Shown: positions 33,851 through 44,179 of the stretch, piece after piece
How the letters are laid out: the number at the start of each line of letters is the position of its first letter
How positions within the stretch are numbered: the first letter of the stretch is position 1
Origin: a virus
Virus record (IMG/VR): IMGVR_UViG_3300031111_000001
Span: 50,563 to 114,562 of that record
Direction: 5' to 3' (one strand)
DNA length: 64,000 nt
The notes under the pieces: generated by a model
Database searches by the model: none
What the model was told of the DNA's origin: nothing
What the model saw: only the letters and a program-made list of their open reading frames with translations
Made by a program: the position numbers and the translations under genes

Positions 33851-34822
33851 ATGAGTGAATTCGTCGATTACCTCGACGAGAACTTCGGAATCCGCACGGT
33901 GGCCGGGGGTAAGCAAGTTCAGCTTACCTCCGGGCCGTGCCCTTTCTGCGGCGAGGATAGGCGCGATCTTCGGGTCTATTATGATCCGAGGTGTGAGGAT
34001 ATCCGTGCCCGGAGGGGGTTTTGCCACCATTGTGATGCCGGGTTTTCCGCAGTCGAGTTTGTGGCTGCTTTTGAGCAGTGTTCCATCAGGGAGGCCATCG
34101 CCATCCTTGGCGGGAACGAGGATGGCTTCAAACGCTCTCAGGAGGCCCAGGACGGCTCCGAAGAGTCTAAGATGATCTATCCCCCGCTTTTAGAAGTAGA
34201 AGCCGTCCCAGAGGCTCTGGAGTACTGCGAGAGTCGTGGAATCACCAGAGAGATCATCCGGCAGCAGGGCATCTACTTCGCGGAGCAAAATACACTGCGT
34301 CCTGACGGGAGGATAATGTGGTCGGCCAACCGGCTGATCTTTGTGATTTATGACCGGGCTGGGCAGCCCGTGGCTTGGCAGGGCCGGGATATCACCGGCT
34401 TGGCAAGACAGAAGTATCTCTTTCCAGATGGCTTCAAGAAGGCCGAGTATCTCTACAATATCCATCGGATAAAAAATCGACCAGAATATTTAATACTCGC
34501 CGAAGGCGTGATGGACTCCATTGGATGGATTCGGGCGGAATTGGATTCAGTTGTTTCCACGTTTGGAAAAACCATTTCTGGGGAGCAACGAAGGATTCTT
34601 GCGGAAGTAGCACCCAAGCGTCTCTATGTGGCCTGGGACAGTGACGCCCACTGGAGCAAATATGAACTGGTCGAGTCTGTGCGCCACCTCTACGAGGACA
34701 TCAGGATCATCGACCTGCATGATCAGGATGCAGACGAACTGACCAGAGAACAATTAAATACGGCCCTGCACGATGCAAAGCCGTATTCATGGGAAGATAA
34801 GGTGTTGGGCCAGTTGGCCTAG
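33851..34822 (+). CDS. DNA primase (Zn finger + TOPRIM)
   Basis: CPFC...CHHC, WQGR, KY, EGVMD, WDSD, DAD. Confidence 0.9.
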   Translation: MSEFVDYLDENFGIRTVAGGKQVQLTSGPCPFCGEDRRDLRVYYDPRCEDIRARRGFCHHCDAGFSAVEFVAAFEQCSIREAIAILGGNEDGFKRSQEAQDGSEESKMIYPPLLEVEAVPEALEYCESRGITREIIRQQGIYFAEQNTLRPDGRIMWSANRLIFVIYDRAGQPVAWQGRDITGLARQKYLFPDGFKKAEYLYNIHRIKNRPEYLILAEGVMDSIGWIRAELDSVVSTFGKTISGEQRRILAEVAPKRLYVAWDSDAHWSKYELVESVRHLYEDIRIIDLHDQDADELTREQLNTALHDAKPYSWEDKVLGQLA

Positions 34823-35289
34823 CAGCCCTTCGTGGACATCTTCAGTACCACGTCGAACAGGCCTTCAGTGTCCATGCGCTCCATCTTGTTGCCGAGGGCC
34901 TGTTCGACTTCGTCGATCATGGCTTCGGACCCCATGGGGCGCATGAGGCGCACATTGTACCACACATCGGGGTACAGTAGGGCTGTCGCCAGCATCAGGA
35001 AGTAGCCGGTGTGCAACTGATAATGCTGGGCGAACTTCTCCATTTCGTAGTTCGGAATCTTTACGGTTCCGCGCTCGACGCTGGAGATAAAAGACGGGTA
35101 GTCGTAGCCCATCTTTTTGGTCATTTGCCGCTGTGATAGCCCGGCAGGACCGCCGATGCGTTCACGACGTGCCGACAAGGCTGCACCAAGGGCGACCATG
35201 TTGTTTTCCACGATCTGCCGCAACTTCTTCTTGTCGTGCAAGATGTCGCGTTTCACGCTCATTTGGTTGGCTTGTTTCTTGGTGGTCAT
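34819..35289 (-). CDS. XRE-type HTH transcriptional regulator
   Basis: GLSQRQMTKKMGY-YPSFISSVERG-VKIP HTH; start trimmed to 35289. Confidence 0.75.
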   Translation of the reverse strand: MTTKKQANQMSVKRDILHDKKKLRQIVENNMVALGAALSARRERIGGPAGLSQRQMTKKMGYDYPSFISSVERGTVKIPNYEMEKFAQHYQLHTGYFLMLATALLYPDVWYNVRLMRPMGSEAMIDEVEQALGNKMERMDTEGLFDVVLKMSTKGC

Positions 35290-35714
35290 GACTTTTTGTC
35301 CTTGTTTTGTTCGCGAAGTTTTTTCCTGCGCTCCTTGCGGCAATCTGCACATTCTATGATTCGTTTTTTCTTGTGCTTGTTCTTCATTTGGAATGTGCGC
35401 GTTTCAAAGATGGTGCCGCAGTCGCATCGGACCTCTACCTTCCGGTCCCCAAGGTAGCGGAGGACTGTTAGTCTTCCGTACCGCTCTCCTTGGTTGACGC
35501 TAGGAGCAAGCCCCTTACCATCGGGGGCGAGGTTGTCAGTGAAGCGGCCAGTCTTGCATCCACAACTGGATACATTGCCTTGCTTCACATCTTCAGCGGC
35601 GACTATGAATACGTTGCCACAAGAGCAGCGGAACTGTCCTATGGTTTCGTTTTGCATGACCTCAAGGGTCAAGTCGCCATGTTGTTCGCCTATTTTCATT
35701 GCTTTTCCTTTCAT
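35286..35714 (-). CDS. protein with two HNH-endonuclease-associated Cys repeats, no nuclease domain
   Basis: GEQHGDLT...RCSCG...SCGC and GERYGRLTV...RCDCG...CADC. Confidence 0.65.
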   Translation of the reverse strand: MKGKAMKIGEQHGDLTLEVMQNETIGQFRCSCGNVFIVAAEDVKQGNVSSCGCKTGRFTDNLAPDGKGLAPSVNQGERYGRLTVLRYLGDRKVEVRCDCGTIFETRTFQMKNKHKKKRIIECADCRKERRKKLREQNKDKKS

Positions 35715-35746
35715 TAAGTACTTACATACATTTGTCGTTCGATGTG

Positions 35747-35780
35747 AGTAAGCAATAGCTTACTTCGGAATTTGTGTCAA
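35747..35780 (-). promoter_or_regulatory. sigma70-type promoter with overlapping palindromic operator
   Basis: Minus-strand TTGACA 35780-35775, N17, TATTGC; palindrome AGTAAGC-AATA-GCTTACT 35747-35764 covers the -10. Confidence 0.55.
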
Positions 35781-35948
35781 TGTGTTTTTTGAACTTTTCT
35801 TACGGTTCACCGAAATTTTTTCCAATAAGGGTTTCTACAGATTGCGGGGAGACAACCCTGAAATCTTAGAAATTTTTATCGGAGGCCCAAAAAGACATTG
35901 ACATCTTCCGGGGTGTAGCGTAGTCATATCACCTTCGCAATCACAGGA

Positions 35949-37883
35949 GTGGGCATGAGTTTGGTTCTTGGTCTTGCACGGAAGCAGGCCCTCATAAATA
36001 TTACACAAGTTCTGTCGGAAACCGAAAACCTTCAGGTGACCTTCTCTGGAGGGGACGCCTACACGGACGGCAAGCGCATCAATATCCCCGCCATGCCCGA
36101 CGAGGCATGGTCCGATCTGGGGCTTTTTGTGCGGGCCAGAGGGTATTCTTATCATGAAGTGGGACACTGTCTATACACTGATTTTGATGTGTTTGATCGC
36201 CTACAGGGGACAGACTTGTTCGACATCGTGAACCTCTTTGAGGACATCCGCATTGAGCGGTCGATGGCCCAGCGATACCGGGGCGCAGCCGAATCCATGG
36301 AAGAGTTAATCAACCAGCTATATCCTCAATTGGATCAAGAGTCCATTTGGACCGCAGTTGGGGTTGAGGGGCGGCGTCAGGTCTGCGGCTATGACATTGA
36401 CGCACTCAGCTACAAGCAAGCCCTGGAGGATATCGCGCCGGGGTTGATTGCCGAAATTGGAGGGCTTGATAGCACGGAGGACGCGCTTCGCCTAGCAAAA
36501 AAGTATAAGGACTTGTTCAAAAATCCCCCGCAGTCAGGTTCCAAACAACAGGGAACCCCCAGCGCTTCCAGTGGTAACGGGCAAGGGGCCGAAGCGCAAG
36601 ACGCCGAAGCCAGCGGCAATACAGACCCAAATGGTAGGAAAAGTCAAGCCCAAAAAGCCGCCGAATCTCAGCAAGGCGATGGAAAAGACCAGAAGGGCAG
36701 TGCGGACAAACAAGGCGACAAAAAAGCGGAGGCCAAGCCCGGCCAGGGTGACAGCCAAGGGAAAGACGGCCAGGACCAATCCAAGGGCCAGGACGCGGAC
36801 AAACAGGGCAAGGGCCAGCAGTCCTGCCAAGGGAAAGACGGCAATCAGTCCTGTGGCAAAGACCAAACCGAATCCAAGGACGAACCCGGCAAGCGCGGGG
36901 CCGAACCAGAGTTCAACGAGTGGTGCGGGAGCTTCAGTGGCGGCGTGAAAAACGACAACAACGCCGTCCAGATCGCTGCCGAGCAGATCGCCGAAGCCGC
37001 CCGGATTGCCCGTGCCGCTGGGGAATACATCGTCTATTCTGAGGGATATGATAGGGTGGAATTGGTCAAGGAAGGCCCAACCATCCTTTTCGACGAACTG
37101 AAGGATGCCCTTGGCCCGCTGAACGTCCACCGCCAGAGAATCGTCAATCTCTTCCAGACGAAGACGGCGGCGCGCTGGCGACAAAACATCCCCGCCGGAA
37201 GAGTCAATTCCAGACGGCTGGCAGGGCTGCGCACCGGCAACCTGAACGTCTTCAAAACGAAGGTGAAATCGGACGAGATCGACACTGCCGTGACCTTCCT
37301 GATCGACTGTTCCGGCTCAATGCAAGGGGCCAAGGTGTACCGGGCCATGCAAGCGGCGGTCTTCTTTTTGGAAACGCTGGCATATTCTAAGGTGTCTTGT
37401 GAGGTGCTGGGATATACCACATTGGGCCTTAGAATCCCAGGCGCACCGGCAACACTTGGTGGCGGCATGGACTACGCCCGGCTAGAGTGCCTGCGGCATT
37501 ACATCTTCAAGAACTTTGACGAGCCGTACAGTGGCACTGTGCGGAGACGCCTTGCGGGCTACCAGCACATGAGAATGGGCCGGAACGGTGACGTTTGCTC
37601 CATAAGGTGGGCCTTGTCGCGCCTTGCTCCCCGCAAAGAACACCGCAAGGTATTGGTGGTTCTCTGTGACGGATTGCCGAATGTGGCCGGAAACCGAGCA
37701 ACACAGTACGATACGCTTAAAAAGATGAACAAGGAGGTTCATGAAAGATCGGGAATAGAGCTTGTTGGCATCGGTATAGGCAAAGACATCAGTCAGTTCT
37801 ACCCGAACTGCATCAACATCAAGAACAATGACAACATTGCGGAGGTCATTATGGGCCAAATCCGCAGGATACTTGCGGTCTAA
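35949..37883 (+). CDS. CobT-like vWA domain protein
   Basis: AYTDGKRINIP, HEVGH, EDIRIE, low-complexity linker, IDCSGSM, LCDGLP. Confidence 0.85.
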   Translation: MGMSLVLGLARKQALINITQVLSETENLQVTFSGGDAYTDGKRINIPAMPDEAWSDLGLFVRARGYSYHEVGHCLYTDFDVFDRLQGTDLFDIVNLFEDIRIERSMAQRYRGAAESMEELINQLYPQLDQESIWTAVGVEGRRQVCGYDIDALSYKQALEDIAPGLIAEIGGLDSTEDALRLAKKYKDLFKNPPQSGSKQQGTPSASSGNGQGAEAQDAEASGNTDPNGRKSQAQKAAESQQGDGKDQKGSADKQGDKKAEAKPGQGDSQGKDGQDQSKGQDADKQGKGQQSCQGKDGNQSCGKDQTESKDEPGKRGAEPEFNEWCGSFSGGVKNDNNAVQIAAEQIAEAARIARAAGEYIVYSEGYDRVELVKEGPTILFDELKDALGPLNVHRQRIVNLFQTKTAARWRQNIPAGRVNSRRLAGLRTGNLNVFKTKVKSDEIDTAVTFLIDCSGSMQGAKVYRAMQAAVFFLETLAYSKVSCEVLGYTTLGLRIPGAPATLGGGMDYARLECLRHYIFKNFDEPYSGTVRRRLAGYQHMRMGRNGDVCSIRWALSRLAPRKEHRKVLVVLCDGLPNVAGNRATQYDTLKKMNKEVHERSGIELVGIGIGKDISQFYPNCINIKNNDNIAEVIMGQIRRILAV

Positions 37884-37931
37884 GTGTAGTAAAACCGAAC
37901 CACCATCGCAATCATTTTTCGGAGTACAACA

Positions 37932-39083
37932 ATGGATACGAAACGGATCAGGGAGGTCATTGAAAGTTCGCCTCAGTTCAATGGCCCGGAGGTCGTCTGC
38001 AAGGTCTGCGGGTTCAGCGGGCCGACGATCCTCCAGCATCTGCTTAACAATCATTGCGGGACACGACTGGAAGACTATGTCGAGCGGTTCCCGTCCGCGC
38101 CGCTGGCGACGGCAGAGGGCCGCAAGCAAATTACGGCCCTGCTGGACAAGATTGAGCGAGGCCAGCGCAGCTACAAAATCAAGGACACCTTTGGCTGCGA
38201 TATCTGCACCACCGGCACCGTGAAGACCGCCATGGGCCGCATCAAGCCGTGCAAGGCAACCCCGGCGCTGCTGCCGTACTACAAGTTCCGGCCCGACCTC
38301 TTGAAGGTGGTTTTGTTCGCCCTGGAGGAACCCCGCCAGAACCTCTATTTGTACGGCCCGAGTGGCGGCGGCAAGACCTCCGTGGTCGAACAAGTTTGTG
38401 CCCGGCTGAACCGTGGCGTGGTCCGCGTGAACCACGATTCAGATATTGGCCGCGCCGAGATTGTGGGCCAGTGGGTTCTGACCGGCAAGGACTCCATGAG
38501 CTTCGCCGAAGGGCTGCTGCCTATCGCCATGCGCAGCGGCTACGTCTACATCGCCGACGAGTTCGACGTGGTGGACCCGGCTATCGCCATGCTCTATCAG
38601 GCCGTCCTTGAAGGAAAGCCCTTGACCATTCTGGAAACTGCCGAGGTCATCGAGCCGCACCCTGAGTTCCGCTTCATCGCCACCGGCAACACCGCCGGGG
38701 CGGGGGACTTGACCGGGCTGCACCACGGCACCCGGCCCATGAACGAGGCCACCATGCAGCGGTTCACGCTTTTTGAGTGCGTGGACTATCCGACTGCCGT
38801 GGAAGAGTGCGACATTCTGGAAGGGGTCTGTGGGATGAATGATCCCACCTTGCGCCAGAAGATGGTCGAAGTCGGTAATTTGATCCGCAAAGCCTACAAA
38901 GAAGACAAGATCAGCGTCACGTTCTCCACGCGCATCCTGATCAACGTCGCTGACAAGCTGTTGGCCTTTGGTTCTTTGCGTCGGGCATACGAGCTTGCTT
39001 TGCTCAACCGCCTGAACGCCGTGGACGCCAAGACTGTGGAAGAAGCCATTAACGCTGTATGGGGGAGCGAAGCCAATGCCTAA
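37932..39083 (+). CDS. CobS/MoxR-type AAA+ ATPase with N-terminal Zn finger
   Basis: CKVC...HL..H; GPSGGGKT; ADEFD; HPEFRFIATGN; STR. Confidence 0.9.
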   Translation: MDTKRIREVIESSPQFNGPEVVCKVCGFSGPTILQHLLNNHCGTRLEDYVERFPSAPLATAEGRKQITALLDKIERGQRSYKIKDTFGCDICTTGTVKTAMGRIKPCKATPALLPYYKFRPDLLKVVLFALEEPRQNLYLYGPSGGGKTSVVEQVCARLNRGVVRVNHDSDIGRAEIVGQWVLTGKDSMSFAEGLLPIAMRSGYVYIADEFDVVDPAIAMLYQAVLEGKPLTILETAEVIEPHPEFRFIATGNTAGAGDLTGLHHGTRPMNEATMQRFTLFECVDYPTAVEECDILEGVCGMNDPTLRQKMVEVGNLIRKAYKEDKISVTFSTRILINVADKLLAFGSLRRAYELALLNRLNAVDAKTVEEAINAVWGSEANA

Positions 39084-39738
39084 GAACTGCACCATGATCA
39101 AAGACATGCCTGATACCGAAGTTCTGACTCTGGTAAAACGCTATGCCAGATACCACCACAACACCCACAGCAACTATCTTGGCCGTATGCAGTATGACGA
39201 TCTGCTTTCCTACATGCTGGAGGCTGTGTTCATGCTCTCCAAGAAGTATATGGAGGAGAACGAGGAGTTGCCCAATAAGAGCTTCATCGTGTCGGCTTTG
39301 AGCTACAGGGTTATTGATTTGGTGCGCGAGTACATCAAGCAGGACCGCCGGGAGTCTTTCGCCTGCGAGATTTACGTTGGCACCGACGATCCCGAGATTA
39401 TCTACGGCCTGATCGAGTGTGATCTCGACAGCAATATCCGGCTTATGGAACTGCTGCGGCATTTTGAAGGGCGCGAACTGCTGATCGTCAAGGAGATTTT
39501 GGCCCCCTCCGAGGCCGTGGCAGACTATTACGAGGCATATATGGCAAAGTTCCCGTCTTGTGACAGGGACGGCCTGGGCACCACTGACAGGGCCTTCAGG
39601 CACGCCTTGGGGGCCGTGTATGGGATCACGAAGAACGAGTTCTATTACGCCAAGAAAGGGATCAGGGAGAAGCTGCTGGCCCTACAAAGGGCCGACGAGC
39701 TTCCCAAAGACACACGGCGGTACACCCCGGCGGCGTAA
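39076..39738 (+). CDS. phage sigma70/ECF-like RNA polymerase sigma factor
   Basis: Region 2-like LVKRYAR...YDDLLS...FIVSALSYRVIDLVRE; region 4-like FEGRELLIV...YGITK...IREKL. Confidence 0.6.
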   Translation: MPKNCTMIKDMPDTEVLTLVKRYARYHHNTHSNYLGRMQYDDLLSYMLEAVFMLSKKYMEENEELPNKSFIVSALSYRVIDLVREYIKQDRRESFACEIYVGTDDPEIIYGLIECDLDSNIRLMELLRHFEGRELLIVKEILAPSEAVADYYEAYMAKFPSCDRDGLGTTDRAFRHALGAVYGITKNEFYYAKKGIREKLLALQRADELPKDTRRYTPAA

Positions 39739-39843
39739 TTTCGAAAACTTGAAAAAAGTGCTTGACATTTTTGGCGGGCTTGTGTAGAACCTTTCCTAAC
39801 GCAACCGGGGATCAACCCCGACACCCAAACCAAGGAGAATTCC

Positions 39844-40668
39844 ATGCACAGCCATCACGCCTACCGCAACCGCCCCGAGATCGCCCTGGACCGCATCGCC
39901 ATGAACCCGGCCTTCACCGCCGTGGCCCCGCACGCCAGCCGATCCGAGAAGTATCAGATGATCCCTACCATCGAGGTGGTCGAAGAAATGGTCAACAAGG
40001 GCTTCAAGCCCGTGGACGTTCAGGTCAGCGGCGTGCGCGACGTGGCCCGCCGTGGCTACCAGAAGCACATGGTCCGCTTCCGCAACCCGAACCTGACCAC
40101 GGGCGAAGAGGAACTGGACGTGGTCCTGATCAACAGCCATGACGGCACCACGGCCTACAAGGTCATGGCCGGTATCTACCGGCTGGTGTGCAGCAACGGC
40201 CTGATGGTCGGCACCGACATCTGCGGCTTCTCCGTCAAGCACATGGGCTTCAATCCGCAGGACGTGATCGACGCCAGCTTCAAGGTCGTCGATCAGGCCG
40301 AGGGCATCATGGCCCACGTCGCAGAATTCAAGGCCATCGAACTGGCCCCCGAAGAGCGTCTGGCTCTGGGCACCGCCGCCGGGCAGCTTCTGTACCCCGA
40401 CAACACCCGGCCCGACGCCCGTCAGTTGACCTACAGCCACCGCAACGTGGATCAGGACCACCTCTGGGGCGCGTACAACGCCATTCAGGAGAACTGGTCG
40501 AAGGGCCGCACCAACTACCGGGGCGGAAATGGCCGCTACCGCAAGAACCGCGCCCCCAAGGCCATCGACAAGCAGACCGGCCTGAACGCCGCCCTGTGGA
40601 CCCTGACCCAGCGCATGGCCGACATCAAGACCGGACGCCCGGTCCAGGCCGTCGAAACGGCGGCGTAG
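39844..40668 (+). CDS. DUF932/DUF945 family protein
   Basis: SRSEKY-IPT, KHMVRFR, LINSHDGT, AGIYRLVCSNGL, LWGAYNAIQEN. Confidence 0.9.
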   Translation: MHSHHAYRNRPEIALDRIAMNPAFTAVAPHASRSEKYQMIPTIEVVEEMVNKGFKPVDVQVSGVRDVARRGYQKHMVRFRNPNLTTGEEELDVVLINSHDGTTAYKVMAGIYRLVCSNGLMVGTDICGFSVKHMGFNPQDVIDASFKVVDQAEGIMAHVAEFKAIELAPEERLALGTAAGQLLYPDNTRPDARQLTYSHRNVDQDHLWGAYNAIQENWSKGRTNYRGGNGRYRKNRAPKAIDKQTGLNAALWTLTQRMADIKTGRPVQAVETAA

Positions 40669-41020
40669 GGCTCTTTATCGGGGCGAGGAGTGTTCCTCGC
40701 CCCATCCCACAACAAGGAGCAGAGTAATGAGGTAGTGCTAATCCCTAACATCCATCCATCAGACACCCAATCAAGGTTTCATCCAGCAAAGGCCCGCTGA
40801 AACAACCACCAGTCGCCATAATGCAAGAGGTCTTAATGCATCCACCTTAGATACTTCGAATTTTTACTGAAAAGGAAAACAAAATACACCATGGCCCCGG
40901 AACGCCTGGATTGTTCCGGGGCCAACTTCACAAACAAAAAGTAAGAAACTGCTTGACATTTCTTCCGGGTTCTTGTAGAACATATCTCAACGCAACGAGA
41001 ACCCAAACGAGGAAAACACC

Positions 41021-41505
41021 ATGGCCGTCTACGAAAACGAACTGGAGTTCCCTGGATGAATACCATGATACCCTTCCGGGGCGAACTCAGCGCCCTGCGC
41101 AACAACGACGCGAAGAGCCTGGAGTACTACCAGTCCATGCGGGCAACAATCCACGAAGCCATGGCCTATGATGTCCAGTTGTTCGACTGGTTCGACGAAG
41201 AGGACGAGGCCATCGAGATCGCCCGGCAGTGGCTGGCCCTGCGCCCCGGTGAGACTGGCCCGATCTTCTGGGAAATATGGACCGATGGCGAAGAGGGCGC
41301 TTGTTTTTGGGAAGTGTACGTGTCGCAGGAGAAGGCCATCATCGCCCGTGACGAGGCCATCGCCGAGGATATTGCCAAGGGCTACAGATGGCCCTACGCA
41401 CGGGTCATCCGTGCCCTCAAGGCCGACGACAAGGGGCGGCTGGCGTCCAGGGATGGCTGCTTCCACCCCTGCATCCGGCCTTGGGAATACTGGGCCTGGG
41501 ACTAG
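41021..41505 (+). CDS. hypothetical early protein; 5' end apparently frameshifted (intact ORF 41056-41505)
   Basis: RBS+ATG at 41021 opens a 12-aa ORF; removing two single C's gives a continuous reading frame. Confidence 0.55.
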
Positions 41506-41514
41506 GAGAACGAC

Positions 41515-41820
41515 ATGAGAGCGCACATCCGAATCGAGTACGAAATCTGGGACGGTTCCCCGGAGTCCACCGAGGCCGTCAAGAAGCTCACCGGCTTCCA
41601 GACCGAGAACGTGGGCGGGACCATTCTGGTGGCCTGGGCCGACGATCCGAACCACGACGGCATCCGGGCCGTCTACGGGGACGCCATCGTCAAGCTGCCC
41701 AACGGCGAGATCACGGTCTTCGACAGCGAGTCTGACGTGGTCGCCGACCTCGAAATGAGGGCCAGCCGTGGCTTGCACCGGCTGATTCCAAACTCCATCG
41801 AAGGGACTTGCCAGAGATAA
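41515..41820 (+). CDS. hypothetical early protein
   Basis: RBS AGGAG. Confidence 0.65.
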   Translation: MRAHIRIEYEIWDGSPESTEAVKKLTGFQTENVGGTILVAWADDPNHDGIRAVYGDAIVKLPNGEITVFDSESDVVADLEMRASRGLHRLIPNSIEGTCQR

Positions 41821-41911
41821 ATTTCACCTCGTCTCCGAGGGGTTACGGGTAAGTTGCGTAGGGTGGGCCGGGTTGTCTGGCCCACCCGCTCCCGTTCAAA
41901 AAGGAAAGGGT

Positions 41912-42187
41912 ATGCCGGATATCGAAATTGTTGATCAACAAGGGAACGTGCTGGGGACCATGCCAGTCAAGCTGGGGATGATCACCATGCACGGCAAGGT
42001 GTCTAGTATCTCCAACTCCGGGCAGTCATTTTGGGTTGGCCGGGAGCGCGGGAAGTATCGCTGCGGGGTGAATGTCGGCGGCACACTTGCTGATGGTGGA
42101 GGAGGGCTGACGTGTATTTCGCCGACTGAGGCCAAACGCTGGGGCTGGAAACAAGGAGCGAATCATGGACAACTGGCTGGAGCTTGA
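41912..42187 (+). CDS. hypothetical early protein
   Basis: RBS; start 41912. Confidence 0.55.
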   Translation: MPDIEIVDQQGNVLGTMPVKLGMITMHGKVSSISNSGQSFWVGRERGKYRCGVNVGGTLADGGGGLTCISPTEAKRWGWKQGANHGQLAGA

Positions 42188-42311
42188 AATCATTGAACTG
42201 GTCAACAAGGCAGAGGATCAGGGCATGTCGTGGGACGACATCATAGCCCAGGTCGAAATGGCTTTCGAGTACGCCCGGCTGCGCGAGAGGGAAGTTTCGA
42301 AAAGAGAGTAA
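42165..42311 (+). CDS. hypothetical acidic protein (48 aa)
   Basis: Manual ORF, RBS AAGGAG. Confidence 0.55.
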   Translation: MDNWLELEIIELVNKAEDQGMSWDDIIAQVEMAFEYARLREREVSKRE

Positions 42312-42388
42312 AAACTACTTGACATTTCCACCGGGCTGGGGCATAAAGGGTTCAACGCAACGACGAACCCCAACCCCGGAGAAAAGAC

Positions 42389-42721
42389 ATGACGAAGATT
42401 TACGCTGCCAGCAAGACCGAGTTCGGACACACCTCCACCCATGAATACTACTATCAGGACGGCGCGGCCCATTGGGTCAACAACAACGCTCCGGTGCCCA
42501 TGGATGTGGCGGCTGACTACGAAATCAAAATCGACGCCGAACGCCAACAAGCCGCCATCGACGCGCACACTGCCGCCTTCTTGGCCGAGTACAGAAAGAA
42601 CAGGGCCAACATGACCGACGAGCAGCGGGCCGAGGAGCAGTTTGAAGCCCGTGCCGCCTTTGGTCCCAACACTGACGTGGTCAATATTGTGACCGGCGAA
42701 AAGTTCAACACGGGCAAGTAA
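42389..42721 (+). CDS. hypothetical early protein
   Basis: Behind promoter 42319, RBS GGAG. Confidence 0.7.
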   Translation: MTKIYAASKTEFGHTSTHEYYYQDGAAHWVNNNAPVPMDVAADYEIKIDAERQQAAIDAHTAAFLAEYRKNRANMTDEQRAEEQFEARAAFGPNTDVVNIVTGEKFNTGK

Positions 42722-42861
42722 GGGCTTGACAGCCCGGCGCAAATCGGGCATAAGGATTTTTCACACACCGGGAGCTTCCCTGCGGGGAGGCTCCCCTTGC
42801 GTTGCCCGATATGTACGAACTTTTGCTTATCATCGCAATCAGTTTCAAACAAGGAGTGAAC

Positions 42862-43137
42862 ATGCCCCGAACCCCCAACGTCGAAATTGCCCAAGAGGTG
42901 CTTGACCACCTGACCGCCCACCATTGGGAAATCGGCATCGCCCTGGCCGAGGAGGGCAAGCGCGGCTGCTTTGGCAAGGCGTACTCCGACACCGCCCAGT
43001 GCCACGGCTGCGAACATCACGACGAATGCAAGGCCACATTCGACGCGAGGCCAATCTTGAACGAAACCGAGGCCATTATCCAGATTAAGGAGGACATTGA
43101 GCGTGCCACCCGGAACAAAGAAGAAGGGGAAGCCTAA
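42862..43137 (+). CDS. Cys-rich hypothetical protein
   Basis: GCFG...CHGC...C; RBS AAGGAG. Confidence 0.65.
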   Translation: MPRTPNVEIAQEVLDHLTAHHWEIGIALAEEGKRGCFGKAYSDTAQCHGCEHHDECKATFDARPILNETEAIIQIKEDIERATRNKEEGEA

Positions 43138-43396
43138 GAAATCCGCTGACGGCGAACTTTGGTTCAGTTGTTTTTCTGCCAAATTCGACAGTAAGTGCCC
43201 GGATTGTGGAAAGAAATTACCGGAAGGAACTATGGTCTGGGGACATAAGTCTGATGACGCCAATTGGTACGTCGTTTGTGAAGATTGCTACATGAAAAAC
43301 TACAAAGGCAAGTCGGTCGTAACCAAGAAGACCAGCAACAACACCAGAGAAAACAACGCCTTGGAGGCAATCAAGCTGAAAGCAAAGTGGGCGTAG
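43097..43396 (+). CDS. Zn-finger hypothetical protein
   Basis: AKFDSKCPDCG...CEDC. Confidence 0.65.
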   Translation: MSVPPGTKKKGKPKKSADGELWFSCFSAKFDSKCPDCGKKLPEGTMVWGHKSDDANWYVVCEDCYMKNYKGKSVVTKKTSNNTRENNALEAIKLKAKWA

Positions 43397-43563
43397 AAAA
43401 GATTCACAATGGTGAATTTTCTGCTTGACAAACACGCCTGAATGTGAGAGAACATATTCACGACGACGGGGAAGACACAACGGGACGACGAGTCCCGCTT
43501 TTTACCCCCCGAATGTATGAAGAAAATTTACCTTCGCAACACCTTCAGACAAGGAGCTTCGAC

Positions 43564-43929
43564 ATGCTGAACCGCACCCGCTTCAACCGTTCCACCCGCC
43601 GTGAACTGGCCTTCCGCACCATGCGTGGCGTGAACCCCAGAGGCCCCGAAGTTTCCCGTGCCAAGCTGGAAGGCTTCCTGCGCGAACAGGGCCAGGGCGG
43701 CAAGGTCTTCTCCGTGTCCTTCTGCAAGCTCAATGGCCAACCCCGTGACATGGTCTGCCGCCTGGGCGTCAAGAAGGGCGTCAAGAATCCCGGCCAGCGT
43801 TCCACCGCCGAGCAGGACTGCCTGCCCTACATCACGGTCTTCGACATGCAGTGCGGCGGTTTCCGCAACATCAACCTGTCCACCATCTACGGCATCCGCG
43901 CCGGGGGCCAGGACTTCTCCGTCTGCTAG
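43564..43929 (+). CDS. WYL_2/DUF2693-like SH3 beta-barrel protein
   Basis: FSVSFCKLNG-R-M-C...TVFDMQ-GGFRNI pattern. Confidence 0.7.
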   Translation: MLNRTRFNRSTRRELAFRTMRGVNPRGPEVSRAKLEGFLREQGQGGKVFSVSFCKLNGQPRDMVCRLGVKKGVKNPGQRSTAEQDCLPYITVFDMQCGGFRNINLSTIYGIRAGGQDFSVC

Positions 43930-44008
43930 ATCGTTTCATTCCTTCCTTCGCAACTGGCCCCGTCCTGCGAACGGACGGGGCCAAAACCTACCACACTATG
44001 GGAGCCAC

Positions 44009-44179
44009 ATGGAAACGACCGCCAACTGCGATGGCAAAAACATCTTCGAAGTCCTTCAGGACATGGGTAACGCCGTGGAAGACGCGAGGGATAGTCTGCT
44101 CGTCGGCGTCACCCCAAAAGAGGCCGTGGCCGCACTGGTGAACCTGATCCAGCAGGGGCTGATGCCGTTGATCAAGTGA
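44009..44179 (+). CDS. hypothetical protein
   Basis: RBS GGAG. Confidence 0.5.
   Translation: METTANCDGKNIFEVLQDMGNAVEDARDSLLVGVTPKEAVAALVNLIQQGLMPLIK

Noticed and set aside
35949-39083. Cobalamin biosynthesis (cobST) as a metabolic function
   Set aside because: There is no cobN or other cob gene; phage CobS/CobT-like pairs are generic AAA/vWA systems.
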